Part shown: one piece after another, positions 10,231-18,840 of the stretch
Layout: each line of letters begins with the position of its first letter
Numbering within the stretch: position 1 is the first letter of the stretch
Assembly (NCBI GenBank): GCA_031409275.1
Contig: JANNXA010000055.1
Location: forward strand, 96,001-160,000
Source of the DNA: Planctomycetota bacterium
Lineage (GTDB): Bacteria > Planctomycetota > B15-G4 > SIAN01
DNA length: 64,000 nucleotides
Reading direction: 5' to 3'
Made by a program: the position numbers and the translations under genes
The notes under the pieces: generated by a model
What the model was told of the DNA's origin: nothing
Seen by the model: the letters and a program-made list of their open reading frames with translations, nothing else
The model's database searches: none

Positions 10231-12960
10231 GTGGCGACCTTGCTGATCGAGAACGGACCGAACAAGGGCACTGGCTTCGAGCTCAAGCCGGGGGGCCTCT
10301 ACACGCTCGGTCGCGATCCTCAATGCGACCTCGTCCTGCACGGCGAGCTCGTCTCGCGCCAACACTGCCGCGTCAAGGAGTTCAAGGGCGCCTACTACGC
10401 CAAGGACCTCGACAGCCTGAACGGGATCTTCCTCAACGACCAGCGCGTCACGCAGGTCGAGCTCAAGCCCGGCGACAAGCTGCAGCTCGGCGACGCGGTG
10501 CTGACCTTCCTCGACGAGAGCCTCGCGAAGGCGAAGCAGGAGAAGACGCTCGGCGGCTATCGATTGCTCGAGCGCGTCGGGCGCGGCGGCATGGGCACCG
10601 TCTACCGCGCGATCCAGATCTCGCTCGACCGCGAAGTCGCGTTCAAGGTCCTCTCGCCCGAGCTGGTGAAGGACAAGAGCTTCGTCGAGCAGTTCTTCCG
10701 CGAGGCGCGCGCGGCCGGCCAGCTGAACCACCCGCACATCGTCCAAGTCTATGACGTCGGCCAGGAAGGCGACACCTTCTACTACTCGATGGAGTTCGTC
10801 CGCGGCGGCAGCCTCGAGGATCGGCTGCGTGAACAGGGCCGGCTGAGCGTCGAAGAGTCGTTGCGAGTCGCCCACGAAACGGCCACCGCGCTCGAGTACG
10901 CCGAGTTGCGCGGCATCGTGCACCGCGACATCAAGCCCGACAACTTGATGCTCGCCGAAGATGGGCGCGTGCGCGTCGCCGACCTCGGGCTCGCCTTGTC
11001 GCTGAAGAGCAGCGCCGACACCAAGGGCCAGCCGATCCTCGGTACGCCCCACTTCATCTCGCCCGAGCAGGCGCTGCGGCGCGACATCGACATCCGCTCC
11101 GACATCTACTCCCTCGGCGCGACGCTCTACCGGATGCTCGCCGGCCGGACGGTGTTCACCGGCGCTTCCGCGGAAGAGATCATCCGCAAGGCCGTGCGCG
11201 ACGAGCCGCAGCCGCTGCGCGAGCTGAATCCGGAGGTGCCGGAGAAGGTCGCCGCGCTCGTCCATCGCATGCTGAAGAAGAATCCCGACGAGCGCTTCGC
11301 GAGCGCCCGGGAACTGCGCGAGGCGCTCGACCACCTGCTGCGACGCCCGGTGCGGACCAAGGCGCTCGTCGCCGCGATCGCCGTGGCGGTCATCGCCGTG
11401 GTGGTCGCCATCGTCATCGCGCTGCGCGAGCCGCCGCCGCGGATCGTGGAGGCCGATCCGACCGACGCGCAGGCGCAGCGACTCAAGATCTTCGAGATGA
11501 GCTCGGAGGTCGACAAGCGTCGCATCGAGCTCGAAGCCGTGCGCAAGTACCTGCAGCTGTTCGAGACGCCGCGGGATCGCGGCGCGCTGCGCGAATCGCT
11601 CGCGGCCTGGCTCGCCGAGTACGACTACCTCAGCATGCCGGAGCGCGACCGGGCGCGCAGCCGCGCCGCCGAGATCGACGAGGCGGTGGCGCGATCGGCC
11701 GCGGCCGAACTCGAAGCCGCGGCGGCGCGCGCGGCGCGCGTCGCTGGCTTCGGTGACGAAGTCACGGCGGGGCTCGCGCAAGGCGACCTGCTGCGAGCGC
11801 TGGTGACGGCGTGGAAACTCGACCCCGACGCCGAACCGGACGAGAGCGCTCGCCCGTTGCTGGCCGCGGAGAAGCAGCGCCTCCTCGCACTGGTGCGGGA
11901 GAAGTGCACCGCCGAAGTCGGGACCATCGATGCCGCGATCGATGCCGCCGTCGCTGCCGGCGATCTGCCGCAGGCCGCCGCGCTGTGCCGCAACGGGAGC
12001 GCCCGCTTCAGCGCGTCTCCTGAAATCGCGATGCCGGCGGAGCTCGCCGCCGAGTTCGAGCCGCTCGCGCAGCGCTTCGAATCGCGCCGGCGCGACCTCT
12101 CGGTCCGCGTCGACGAAACGACACGAGCCGCCCAGTTGCGTGAACGGGAGCGACTGCTGCGCGCCCTCGCCGCGCCGACGCGGCAAGCGGTGCTCGCGCT
12201 CGACTTCGGCGCCGGTGCTGCCGCGATCGAGGCGGTGATCGCCGAACTCGAAACCGACTCGGCCAAGGCGCGCATCGCCCCGCTGGCCGCGACGCTGCGA
12301 ACCGGGCAGGCGCTGCTCGAACGCTTCTTCGCGGAGCTCGGCGCGCAGAAACTCCCGGCGACGCCGCCGCTCAAGGTGGCCGGCGCCGAGCGAGGTGGCG
12401 ACCTCGTCGACCTCGATCTCGAGAAGCGCCTCTTCAAGCTCCGCACCCAGGTCGGCCGCGCCACTTCCTCGACGACGGTCGCCTTCAACGAGTTCGCCAA
12501 TGCGGACGGGCTTCGCCAGTTGCTGGTCGGGCGCCTTCCGATGACGGCGCAGGAAAGCCTCGACCTCGCCGAGCTGATGACGGTGGTCGAAGTGCTGCGC
12601 TGGGTCGAAGAGATCGCCCCGCTGGCCAAGCGCCTCGACCGCTACGACCCGCGGGTCGGTTGGGGTGACGAGGCTCGTGAAGGGCTGGTCGCGCCGAGCG
12701 CCGCGCTGCTCGCCGATCCGGTCGACGCCGCACTGAAAGAGGTCAGCGCCGATCAGTCGGCGCGCGTCCTGGCCGTGCGCACCCGCGCCCGCGCCGAGCA
12801 GCTCGCGCATGACGAGCTGGCTGGCGCACTCGACCCGTTCTACCAGCGCGACTCGACGGTCGGCTGGACGGCCAGCGTCTCTGCGCTGCGCCAGCTGCTC
12901 GGCGATCACATGGGCACGATGCTGGTGCAGGCCGTGCGACCGTGGATCGAAGGCGAATGA
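10231..12960 (+). CDS. FHA-domain Ser/Thr protein kinase with one TM segment and a large C-terminal helical region
   Basis: FHA (LGRD..VSRQHC..DLDSLNG); Hanks kinase (GRGGMG, VAFK, HRDIKPDN, DLGLA, GTPHFISPEQ); TM ALVAAIAVAVIAVVVAIVIAL. Confidence 0.92.
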   Translation: MATLLIENGPNKGTGFELKPGGLYTLGRDPQCDLVLHGELVSRQHCRVKEFKGAYYAKDLDSLNGIFLNDQRVTQVELKPGDKLQLGDAVLTFLDESLAKAKQEKTLGGYRLLERVGRGGMGTVYRAIQISLDREVAFKVLSPELVKDKSFVEQFFREARAAGQLNHPHIVQVYDVGQEGDTFYYSMEFVRGGSLEDRLREQGRLSVEESLRVAHETATALEYAELRGIVHRDIKPDNLMLAEDGRVRVADLGLALSLKSSADTKGQPILGTPHFISPEQALRRDIDIRSDIYSLGATLYRMLAGRTVFTGASAEEIIRKAVRDEPQPLRELNPEVPEKVAALVHRMLKKNPDERFASARELREALDHLLRRPVRTKALVAAIAVAVIAVVVAIVIALREPPPRIVEADPTDAQAQRLKIFEMSSEVDKRRIELEAVRKYLQLFETPRDRGALRESLAAWLAEYDYLSMPERDRARSRAAEIDEAVARSAAAELEAAAARAARVAGFGDEVTAGLAQGDLLRALVTAWKLDPDAEPDESARPLLAAEKQRLLALVREKCTAEVGTIDAAIDAAVAAGDLPQAAALCRNGSARFSASPEIAMPAELAAEFEPLAQRFESRRRDLSVRVDETTRAAQLRERERLLRALAAPTRQAVLALDFGAGAAAIEAVIAELETDSAKARIAPLAATLRTGQALLERFFAELGAQKLPATPPLKVAGAERGGDLVDLDLEKRLFKLRTQVGRATSSTTVAFNEFANADGLRQLLVGRLPMTAQESLDLAELMTVVEVLRWVEEIAPLAKRLDRYDPRVGWGDEAREGLVAPSAALLADPVDAALKEVSADQSARVLAVRTRARAEQLAHDELAGALDPFYQRDSTVGWTASVSALRQLLGDHMGTMLVQAVRPWIEGE

Positions 12961-13274
12961 GCGACACGCTGCTCGCGCTGGTGGCGAGCCGCGATGGGGT
13001 GATCGTGCCGGTCACCGCGCGACCGCGCGGCCGGCGGGACGCATTGATCGGCGCTCGCCATGGCAGCCTGCTGATCGAGACGACCGCGGCACCTGAAGAT
13101 GGCGCAGCGAACGACGCGATCGGGAAGCTGCTGGCGCGGAGTCTCGCGGTGGCGCGCGGATCGGTCACGCTGACCAGCGGCTCCGCTGCGCGACGCAAGC
13201 GCTTCTGCATCGCGCAGCTCAGCCTCGACGTCGTCGGCGCGCGCTTGACGGCAGCTCTGCAGAAGGAGCTCTGA
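12957..13274 (+). CDS. DUF167/YggU family protein
   Basis: V.ARPRGRRD, TAAPEDGAAN, GSAARRK motifs; ATGA overlap with the kinase stop. Confidence 0.85.
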   Translation: MSDTLLALVASRDGVIVPVTARPRGRRDALIGARHGSLLIETTAAPEDGAANDAIGKLLARSLAVARGSVTLTSGSAARRKRFCIAQLSLDVVGARLTAALQKEL

Positions 13275-14095
13275 TGGACGCCCACAGCGAACTCGTGCGC
13301 GCGGCGGCGGCGACGTTGCGACGCGAACTGCCGCGCCCGCTGCCGCGCTGGCTACTCTCCTCGCGCTTCGGCAGCGACTTCCTGATGGGCAGCGGCCCGC
13401 GCGCCCCGGTCGACGAGATCGCTTTGGCGAACGGAGCGGGACGAATGCTGGCTCGAATCGTCCGCATTGGCGCCGAGCCCCTGCTCGCGCTCGAACTCGA
13501 CGATCCGGCTGGACGGCTGCCGCCATCACTGGCGGACGCGTTGCCGCTGCTGATTGCCGGACAGCTCTCGATGCGCGGCGCGCTCCATCTCCTGTCAGGG
13601 GCGGGCCTCGCGAGCTTCCGCTCCGCGCCGAACCTCGCGCTGATCAGCGACTGGCTACGCCTGTGCGACGAAGATCCGCTGCGCCACCTCGATCCCGGCG
13701 ACCTTGGGGCCCGCTTCCCCGAGTTGCGGCGCGCCGCGGCGAGCGACGAGTGGCTGGCAGCGCGGCTGCTGCTCTCGCAGTCCGGAGCGAACCCGCCGGT
13801 GATCGCAGCCTCGCGGCGCGGCCCGAGCGGCGCCACCGACGCCGAGCTGCAAGCGATGGCGCGGCTCGGCGCCGACATCGTCGTCGAAGGATGCGCGGCG
13901 GAATGGGTCGCGGCGCGCCATCAGGGCCTCGCGTTCCTTGCGATCGCGCTGGTCCTCGATCACGTGGAAGACGCCACGATCTGCGATCCGGGCGCGCTGG
14001 CGACCCGCGCCTCGGCCCTGCTTCCGCGGCTCGCCGATCTCTTGCCGCGACTGTTCGCGACGCTCGCCGTCCCGCCCACGGAGTCCTCCGCATGA
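13274..14095 (+). CDS. degenerate purine-nucleoside phosphorylase-like protein
   Basis: GPSGATDAELQAMARLGAD..E..AARHQGL resembles PNP GPxYETxAE..LGAD..E..ARH. Confidence 0.65.
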   Translation: MDAHSELVRAAAATLRRELPRPLPRWLLSSRFGSDFLMGSGPRAPVDEIALANGAGRMLARIVRIGAEPLLALELDDPAGRLPPSLADALPLLIAGQLSMRGALHLLSGAGLASFRSAPNLALISDWLRLCDEDPLRHLDPGDLGARFPELRRAAASDEWLAARLLLSQSGANPPVIAASRRGPSGATDAELQAMARLGADIVVEGCAAEWVAARHQGLAFLAIALVLDHVEDATICDPGALATRASALLPRLADLLPRLFATLAVPPTESSA

Positions 14096-14712
14096 GTTCC
14101 CGTTTGCGCGTCGCCGTGCTCCTTTCCGGCACCGGCCGCAGCTTCGACTCCCTGTTGGCCCGCTGCCGCAGCGGCGAACTCGCTGCCGAGATCATCGGCG
14201 TCATCAGCTCCCGTGGCGACGTGCGAGGTCTGGCTCAAGCGCGCGCCGCCGGCGTCCCCACGGCCGTGCTGCGACGCAAGGCGCATCCCGATGTCGCTTC
14301 GTATGGCATGGCGATCGGGACGCAGCTGCGCGCATGGAAGAGCGAGCTCGCCGCCATGGCCGGCTTCCTCCATCTGTGGAGCGTGCCGAGCGACTTCACG
14401 GGCCGCGTGATGAACATCCATCCGTCGCTGCTGCCGGCATTTGGCGGCGCGGGAATGCACGGCCACCACGTGCATGAAGCGGTGATCCGGTCCGGCGCGA
14501 AGGTCTCGGGCTGCACCGTCCACTTCGCCGACGACGCCTACGATTCCGGACCGATCATCGTGCAGCGCTGCGTGCCGGTCCACTTCGAGGACAGCGCCGA
14601 CACGCTCGCCGCTCGCGTCTTCGAGCAGGAGTGCCTCGCCTATCCCGAAGCGATCGGCGCCTTCGCCGCTGGCCGGCTGCGCATCATCGACGGCCGCGTC
14701 GAGGTCAGCTGA
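14092..14712 (+). CDS. purN: phosphoribosylglycinamide formyltransferase
   Basis: VLLSGTG, MAGFL, NIHPSLLPAFGG, SGCTVHF, YDSGPII. Confidence 0.96.
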   Translation: MSSRLRVAVLLSGTGRSFDSLLARCRSGELAAEIIGVISSRGDVRGLAQARAAGVPTAVLRRKAHPDVASYGMAIGTQLRAWKSELAAMAGFLHLWSVPSDFTGRVMNIHPSLLPAFGGAGMHGHHVHEAVIRSGAKVSGCTVHFADDAYDSGPIIVQRCVPVHFEDSADTLAARVFEQECLAYPEAIGAFAAGRLRIIDGRVEVS

Positions 14713-14730
14713 CGTCGGCGTGGCGCGCAC

Positions 14731-15192
14731 TCAACGCGAAGCGACGCGCGTGTTCGCGTGGAAGCGTCCCGACGGCGGATGGAAGATCCAGCCGCCGCTG
14801 CCGTCGGCCGCCGGCACGCTGCCGACGGTCACCACGCGAATCTCGTCGATGCCATCGAGCGGGTTCGGCGGGATGCCGGCGCGCAAGTAGGGGCCGCACC
14901 CCCCGCCTTCATGGATCGCGCCGTCGGGCGAAGTCGGAAGGGTGAGCTGCTGCACCAGCAGTTCGGCGCGAACGATCAGCCCGTCACTGCCCGGGAGCTG
15001 GCCCGCGTGGTCCTTCTGATAGGCCTCGACCGCCAGCTGCAACGCGGACAGGTCGGTCGCCAAGGCGAGTTCGCGCGATTCGCGTTGCGCCTCGCGGAAG
15101 CTCGGCACCAGGATGCCCGCCGTGGCCCCGACCACGCCCAACGCGACCACCAACGCGAGCCGACGGACGAAAACCGGCGATCGATTCACCAT
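14731..15192 (-). CDS. GspG-like pseudopilin domain protein lacking the canonical prepilin cleavage site
   Basis: N-terminal hydrophobic helix ending in VPSF, L..LQLAVEAY..DH.G.LP, GPYLRAGIPPNP, GWIFHPPSGRFHAN. Confidence 0.7.
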   Translation of the reverse strand: MVNRSPVFVRRLALVVALGVVGATAGILVPSFREAQRESRELALATDLSALQLAVEAYQKDHAGQLPGSDGLIVRAELLVQQLTLPTSPDGAIHEGGGCGPYLRAGIPPNPLDGIDEIRVVTVGSVPAADGSGGWIFHPPSGRFHANTRVASR

Positions 15193-15281
15193 CGGAGAAC
15201 CACCTCGGGGATGCGACGAAGCGTCTCTCCACGGATCGGCCGCGCGACCGGCCGCGCTTGAGAGTTCGCCCGGGGGGCGGC

Positions 15282-16043
15282 TCACACCGGAGCCGGAGAG
15301 GTCCGGTTGCGTCGGACGGCGAGGGCGATCGCGCCTTCGGTGCGCGGCAGCGCCAGGCCGAATCCCCCCTCCGCCTCCGCACCCTGCCAGCACTCGCCGC
15401 CGAGTCGACCGAGCAGCGCGCGTGCGCGCGTGAACGCCTCGCTCGCCGAGCGCGGCCCGATCGCCGCCGGCGCGCGGACGTCGATGCGCGCGACGCCGTG
15501 GACGTCGCGCACTCGCAACTCCATCTGACCTCCGGCCGGCACCCGCTCCAGCAGCTCGCCGAGCAGGGCGAACAGGCACGCAATCAACGCATCACGGTCG
15601 CCGCGGACCGTGCAGTCCTGCGATCCATCGAGCACCCGAAGGCGAATCTGGTGCGCCTCGATCCAGACCCGTTGACCGGCGACCGCCTTCTCGACGACCT
15701 CGGCCAGGACGGCATGGCCGTCCGGCGTGGTGGATTCGTTGACGAGCCCGAGCTCGAGCGCGTTGGTGACCAGCACATCGAGCCGCTGGCATTCGCGCGC
15801 CAGCGCCCGGCCGAAGGCCGCGAGGCTTTGCGCGTCACCGCCCGCCGCCATCCGCGCTCCGAGCCGGGCCATGGCGGCGAGAGGAAGGCGCAACTCGTGG
15901 GCGAGGAAGCGCTCGACCTCGCGCCCCGGTCGCTGCGGCGCCATCGGGGCACTCGAGGTGGCGACTCCCCGCTCGACGCGATCGGCGACGCCGAGCACTT
16001 CGAGCACACGCGTCCGCAGACCTTTGCGATCGCCGTCGGCCAT
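15282..16043 (-). CDS. histidine-kinase-like protein (HisKA with degenerate ATPase domain, no sensor); alternative start 16088
   Basis: H-box FLAHELRLPL, ECQRLDVLV, VRGDRDAL, LGGEC..GGFGLALP. Confidence 0.7.
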   Translation of the reverse strand: MADGDRKGLRTRVLEVLGVADRVERGVATSSAPMAPQRPGREVERFLAHELRLPLAAMARLGARMAAGGDAQSLAAFGRALARECQRLDVLVTNALELGLVNESTTPDGHAVLAEVVEKAVAGQRVWIEAHQIRLRVLDGSQDCTVRGDRDALIACLFALLGELLERVPAGGQMELRVRDVHGVARIDVRAPAAIGPRSASEAFTRARALLGRLGGECWQGAEAEGGFGLALPRTEGAIALAVRRNRTSPAPV

Positions 16044-16199
16044 CCCGCTCCCCACTGGCGCCGGCGCGGCGCAGAGACCGTGCTTCATTCGCCGCCCGCT
16101 TGTCGGCAACCTGTGGCCGTTCTTGCGGTCGCGAGGCGCCGGCCCCGAGCGGAAAAGCGTTCGGCACGCCACTGCTCGGGCCGCGCGAGGAGCCGCCAG

Positions 16200-17783
16200 A
16201 TGAACTTCCGACGCGTCGGCACGATCTTCCGCAAGGAACTGCTCGACACGCTGCGCGATCGAAAGACGCTGCTGTTCATGGTGGCGCTCCCGACGTTGCT
16301 CGCGCCGGGCTTGAGCGCCGTCATGGCGCGCGTGACGCAACGCGAGGCGCAGAAGACCCAGGAGCGGCGGCTCACCGTTCAGGCGGAGCCCGAGGCGCGC
16401 GATCGCCTGATCAACTTCCTGCGCGGTCGCCTCTCGGTGCTCGAAGCGCAGGCGGCACCACTGTTGGCGATGTTCGGCGAGTCGGTCCGGGCACCGCTCG
16501 CCGCGATCGCGAAGGACCTCGGGACCACGCCGTTCGAAGCGCTGCTGCGCGCCGCGAGCGACCCCGCCGTGCGCGGCCACGCCCGTTTCGCCGACTTGAA
16601 GGCGGCCTTCACCGGGGCGGGCCAGGAGGCGCTGAAGCAGGCGGCGGGCGCGAACAGCGGCTCCGACGCGGCCGGTAGCGAGTCAGGCCTCGGCGCGATG
16701 CAGAAGATCGCCGACCTCATGAACCCGTTGGTCACCATCGATTTCGTCGCGCAGGCCGAGCTGGCCGGTCGCCCCGCCACCCACGCGCCGACGCCGATCG
16801 AGGAGCTGCCCGCGCGCGTGCGCAAGGATCCGGTACTGCTCGCTGCCGCCCAGGCGATCGCGCAGCGCCAGACACAGGCCTACCTGACCGTCCCGCGCGC
16901 GCTCGACGGCGAGATCGTCGAGCGTGACGACCAGGTGAAAGTCGAGATCCTCTTCGACTCGACCGTCGACCTCAGCAACGAGGCGCAACGTCGACTGCAG
17001 GCAGCGCTGAACGCCGCGAGCACGCTGACCGTCGACGCACGCCTCGCTCGCGAGCAGCTCCCCGCGACCTTCGTGAAACCGGTCGATGTGGCCGCGCTCA
17101 ACACGGCCGGCAAATCGAAGCAGGTGCTCAAGGTGATCGCCGGCTTGCTCCCCTACCTGCTCATCCTGATGAGCTTCATCGGCGCGCTCTACCCCGCGAC
17201 CGATCTCGGCGCCGGCGAGAAGGAGCGGCTCACCTTGGAGACGCTGCTGGTGAGTCCGGCCGCGCGCAGCGAGATCGCGATCGGCAAGTTCGGCGTCGTC
17301 TTCCTCGCCGCGATGGTCGCAAGCCTGCTCGCGACGGCGTCGATGGCCTACACCTTCACGTCCGGCCTCATCAGCAAGGAGATCGGCGAGCTGCTCCAGT
17401 TCAAGCTCTCGCCCCTGCAGGTGGCGGTCTGCGTCTCCTTGATCGCGCCGCTCGCCGCCACGCTCGCGTCGCTGATGCTCGCGCTTTCGCTCTACGCGAA
17501 GTCCCAGAAGGAAGCGCAGTCGCTGATGATGCCGCTGCAGTTCCTGATCATCGTCCCCGCGATGCTGTCGATGATCCCGACCATCGAGCTCAACACCTCC
17601 TTCGCATGGATCCCGGTGATGAACGTCGCGCTGGGGTTGCGCTCGGTGCTGACCGCCGGTGGCGCCGCGCTGCCGTGGCCGGAGCTCGCCATCATCTTCG
17701 GCTCGACGACCCTGCTGGCGGTGTTGGCCCTCGCGGTGTGCAGCTGGCAGTTCGGGCGCGAGAAGGTCATCTTCCGCAGCTGA
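16200..17783 (+). CDS. ABC-2 type permease, NatB-like
   Basis: IFRKELLDTLRDRKTL, DLGAGEKERLTLETLLVSP, GKF, AKSQKEAQ; multiple TMs. Confidence 0.88.
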   Translation: MNFRRVGTIFRKELLDTLRDRKTLLFMVALPTLLAPGLSAVMARVTQREAQKTQERRLTVQAEPEARDRLINFLRGRLSVLEAQAAPLLAMFGESVRAPLAAIAKDLGTTPFEALLRAASDPAVRGHARFADLKAAFTGAGQEALKQAAGANSGSDAAGSESGLGAMQKIADLMNPLVTIDFVAQAELAGRPATHAPTPIEELPARVRKDPVLLAAAQAIAQRQTQAYLTVPRALDGEIVERDDQVKVEILFDSTVDLSNEAQRRLQAALNAASTLTVDARLAREQLPATFVKPVDVAALNTAGKSKQVLKVIAGLLPYLLILMSFIGALYPATDLGAGEKERLTLETLLVSPAARSEIAIGKFGVVFLAAMVASLLATASMAYTFTSGLISKEIGELLQFKLSPLQVAVCVSLIAPLAATLASLMLALSLYAKSQKEAQSLMMPLQFLIIVPAMLSMIPTIELNTSFAWIPVMNVALGLRSVLTAGGAALPWPELAIIFGSTTLLAVLALAVCSWQFGREKVIFRS

Positions 17784-17792
17784 GCGCAGCGA

Positions 17793-18689
17793 TTAGCCGG
17801 GCGGTTTCGGGGCCGGCGGAGCGCGCACGCGCAACGGTCGCGCATCCAGAGATGCCACGACCTCGCCTCCAGGCGCGGGATCGCCGTCGAGCTGAAGCGC
17901 GGTGACGCCCTGCAGCTCGACCCGGCGCACCGCCCTCAGCGTGGCGTCGGGGAGACGGTCGAGCTGTCCGCGCCACGCCGCGGCGACGACCTTGAGCCAG
18001 CGCGGCCGCACCGGCTCGCGCAATACCAGCAGCTGCAGCCAGCCGTCGTCGAAGCACGCGGACGGACAGACCCGAAACGAGCCGGCGTAGAGGCCGCAAT
18101 TGAACAGCGCTGCGAAGCGGACCTTGCCGAGATCCTCGCCGTCGGCCCGGACGCGCAACGGCTCCTCGCGCGAGTAGCGCGGCACCCGCAGCGCCGCCTT
18201 GATCCAGTCGCTCTTTCGCATCGGTCCGCGTCGGATCGCAGCGACCTCGGCGGCGATCTCGGCATCGATGCCGGCGCTGGCCATGAACGTGAAGACGCGA
18301 TCGCCGCAGTGACCGAGGTCGAACGCACGCTCGGGCGCGCTCCATGCGACTTCGAGCGCGGGGCGCAGACGCAGCGGGATCCGCAGCGACCGCGCCACCA
18401 CGTTGCCGGTGCCGGTCGGGACGATGGCGAGCAGCGGCCGCGCGCCTGGAGGGAACGCGGCGACCGCCACCCCGAGGGTGCCGTCGCCACCGAAGACCCA
18501 GAGCTCGCACCGCTCCGCCGACGCTGCGGCGAGTCGCTCGCGCAGCTCCCCGCGGTCGGTGACGATGGTCGCGGTCGCACCCCGCGCCACCGCGACGACC
18601 CGTGCCCGTGCGGCCGCTTCGCCGCTTCGGCCGCGGCCCGACAGCGGGTTGGCGAAAAGGAGCAATTCGCGCGGGGGCGGTGCGTTCAT
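17793..18689 (-). CDS. diacylglycerol/lipid kinase family protein
   Basis: NPLSGRG, GGDGT, PTGTGNVVAR, FNCGLYAG, QLDGD. Confidence 0.9.
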   Translation of the reverse strand: MNAPPPRELLLFANPLSGRGRSGEAAARARVVAVARGATATIVTDRGELRERLAAASAERCELWVFGGDGTLGVAVAAFPPGARPLLAIVPTGTGNVVARSLRIPLRLRPALEVAWSAPERAFDLGHCGDRVFTFMASAGIDAEIAAEVAAIRRGPMRKSDWIKAALRVPRYSREEPLRVRADGEDLGKVRFAALFNCGLYAGSFRVCPSACFDDGWLQLLVLREPVRPRWLKVVAAAWRGQLDRLPDATLRAVRRVELQGVTALQLDGDPAPGGEVVASLDARPLRVRAPPAPKPPG

Positions 18690-18840
18690 CGCGACGGCGC
18701 AGTCTACGCCTCGCCCCTCGGCACGCACGCGGCTCCGGGAGTGAGCACGTCGAATCCAACCGCGGCGCCTTCGGTGCGTTAGAAGGGCGATCCCGAGGCC
18801 GGATCGGACGGCCTCGCACTTCGACGAAGGGAGCTCCTCG

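Noticed and set aside
8971..12909. Very long antisense or alternative-frame ORFs (this 1312-aa one, also 17767-20763, 48340-50352 and many others)
   Set aside because: They are shadows of real genes in high-GC DNA: no motifs, Arg/Ala/Gly-rich, and each overlaps a well-supported gene
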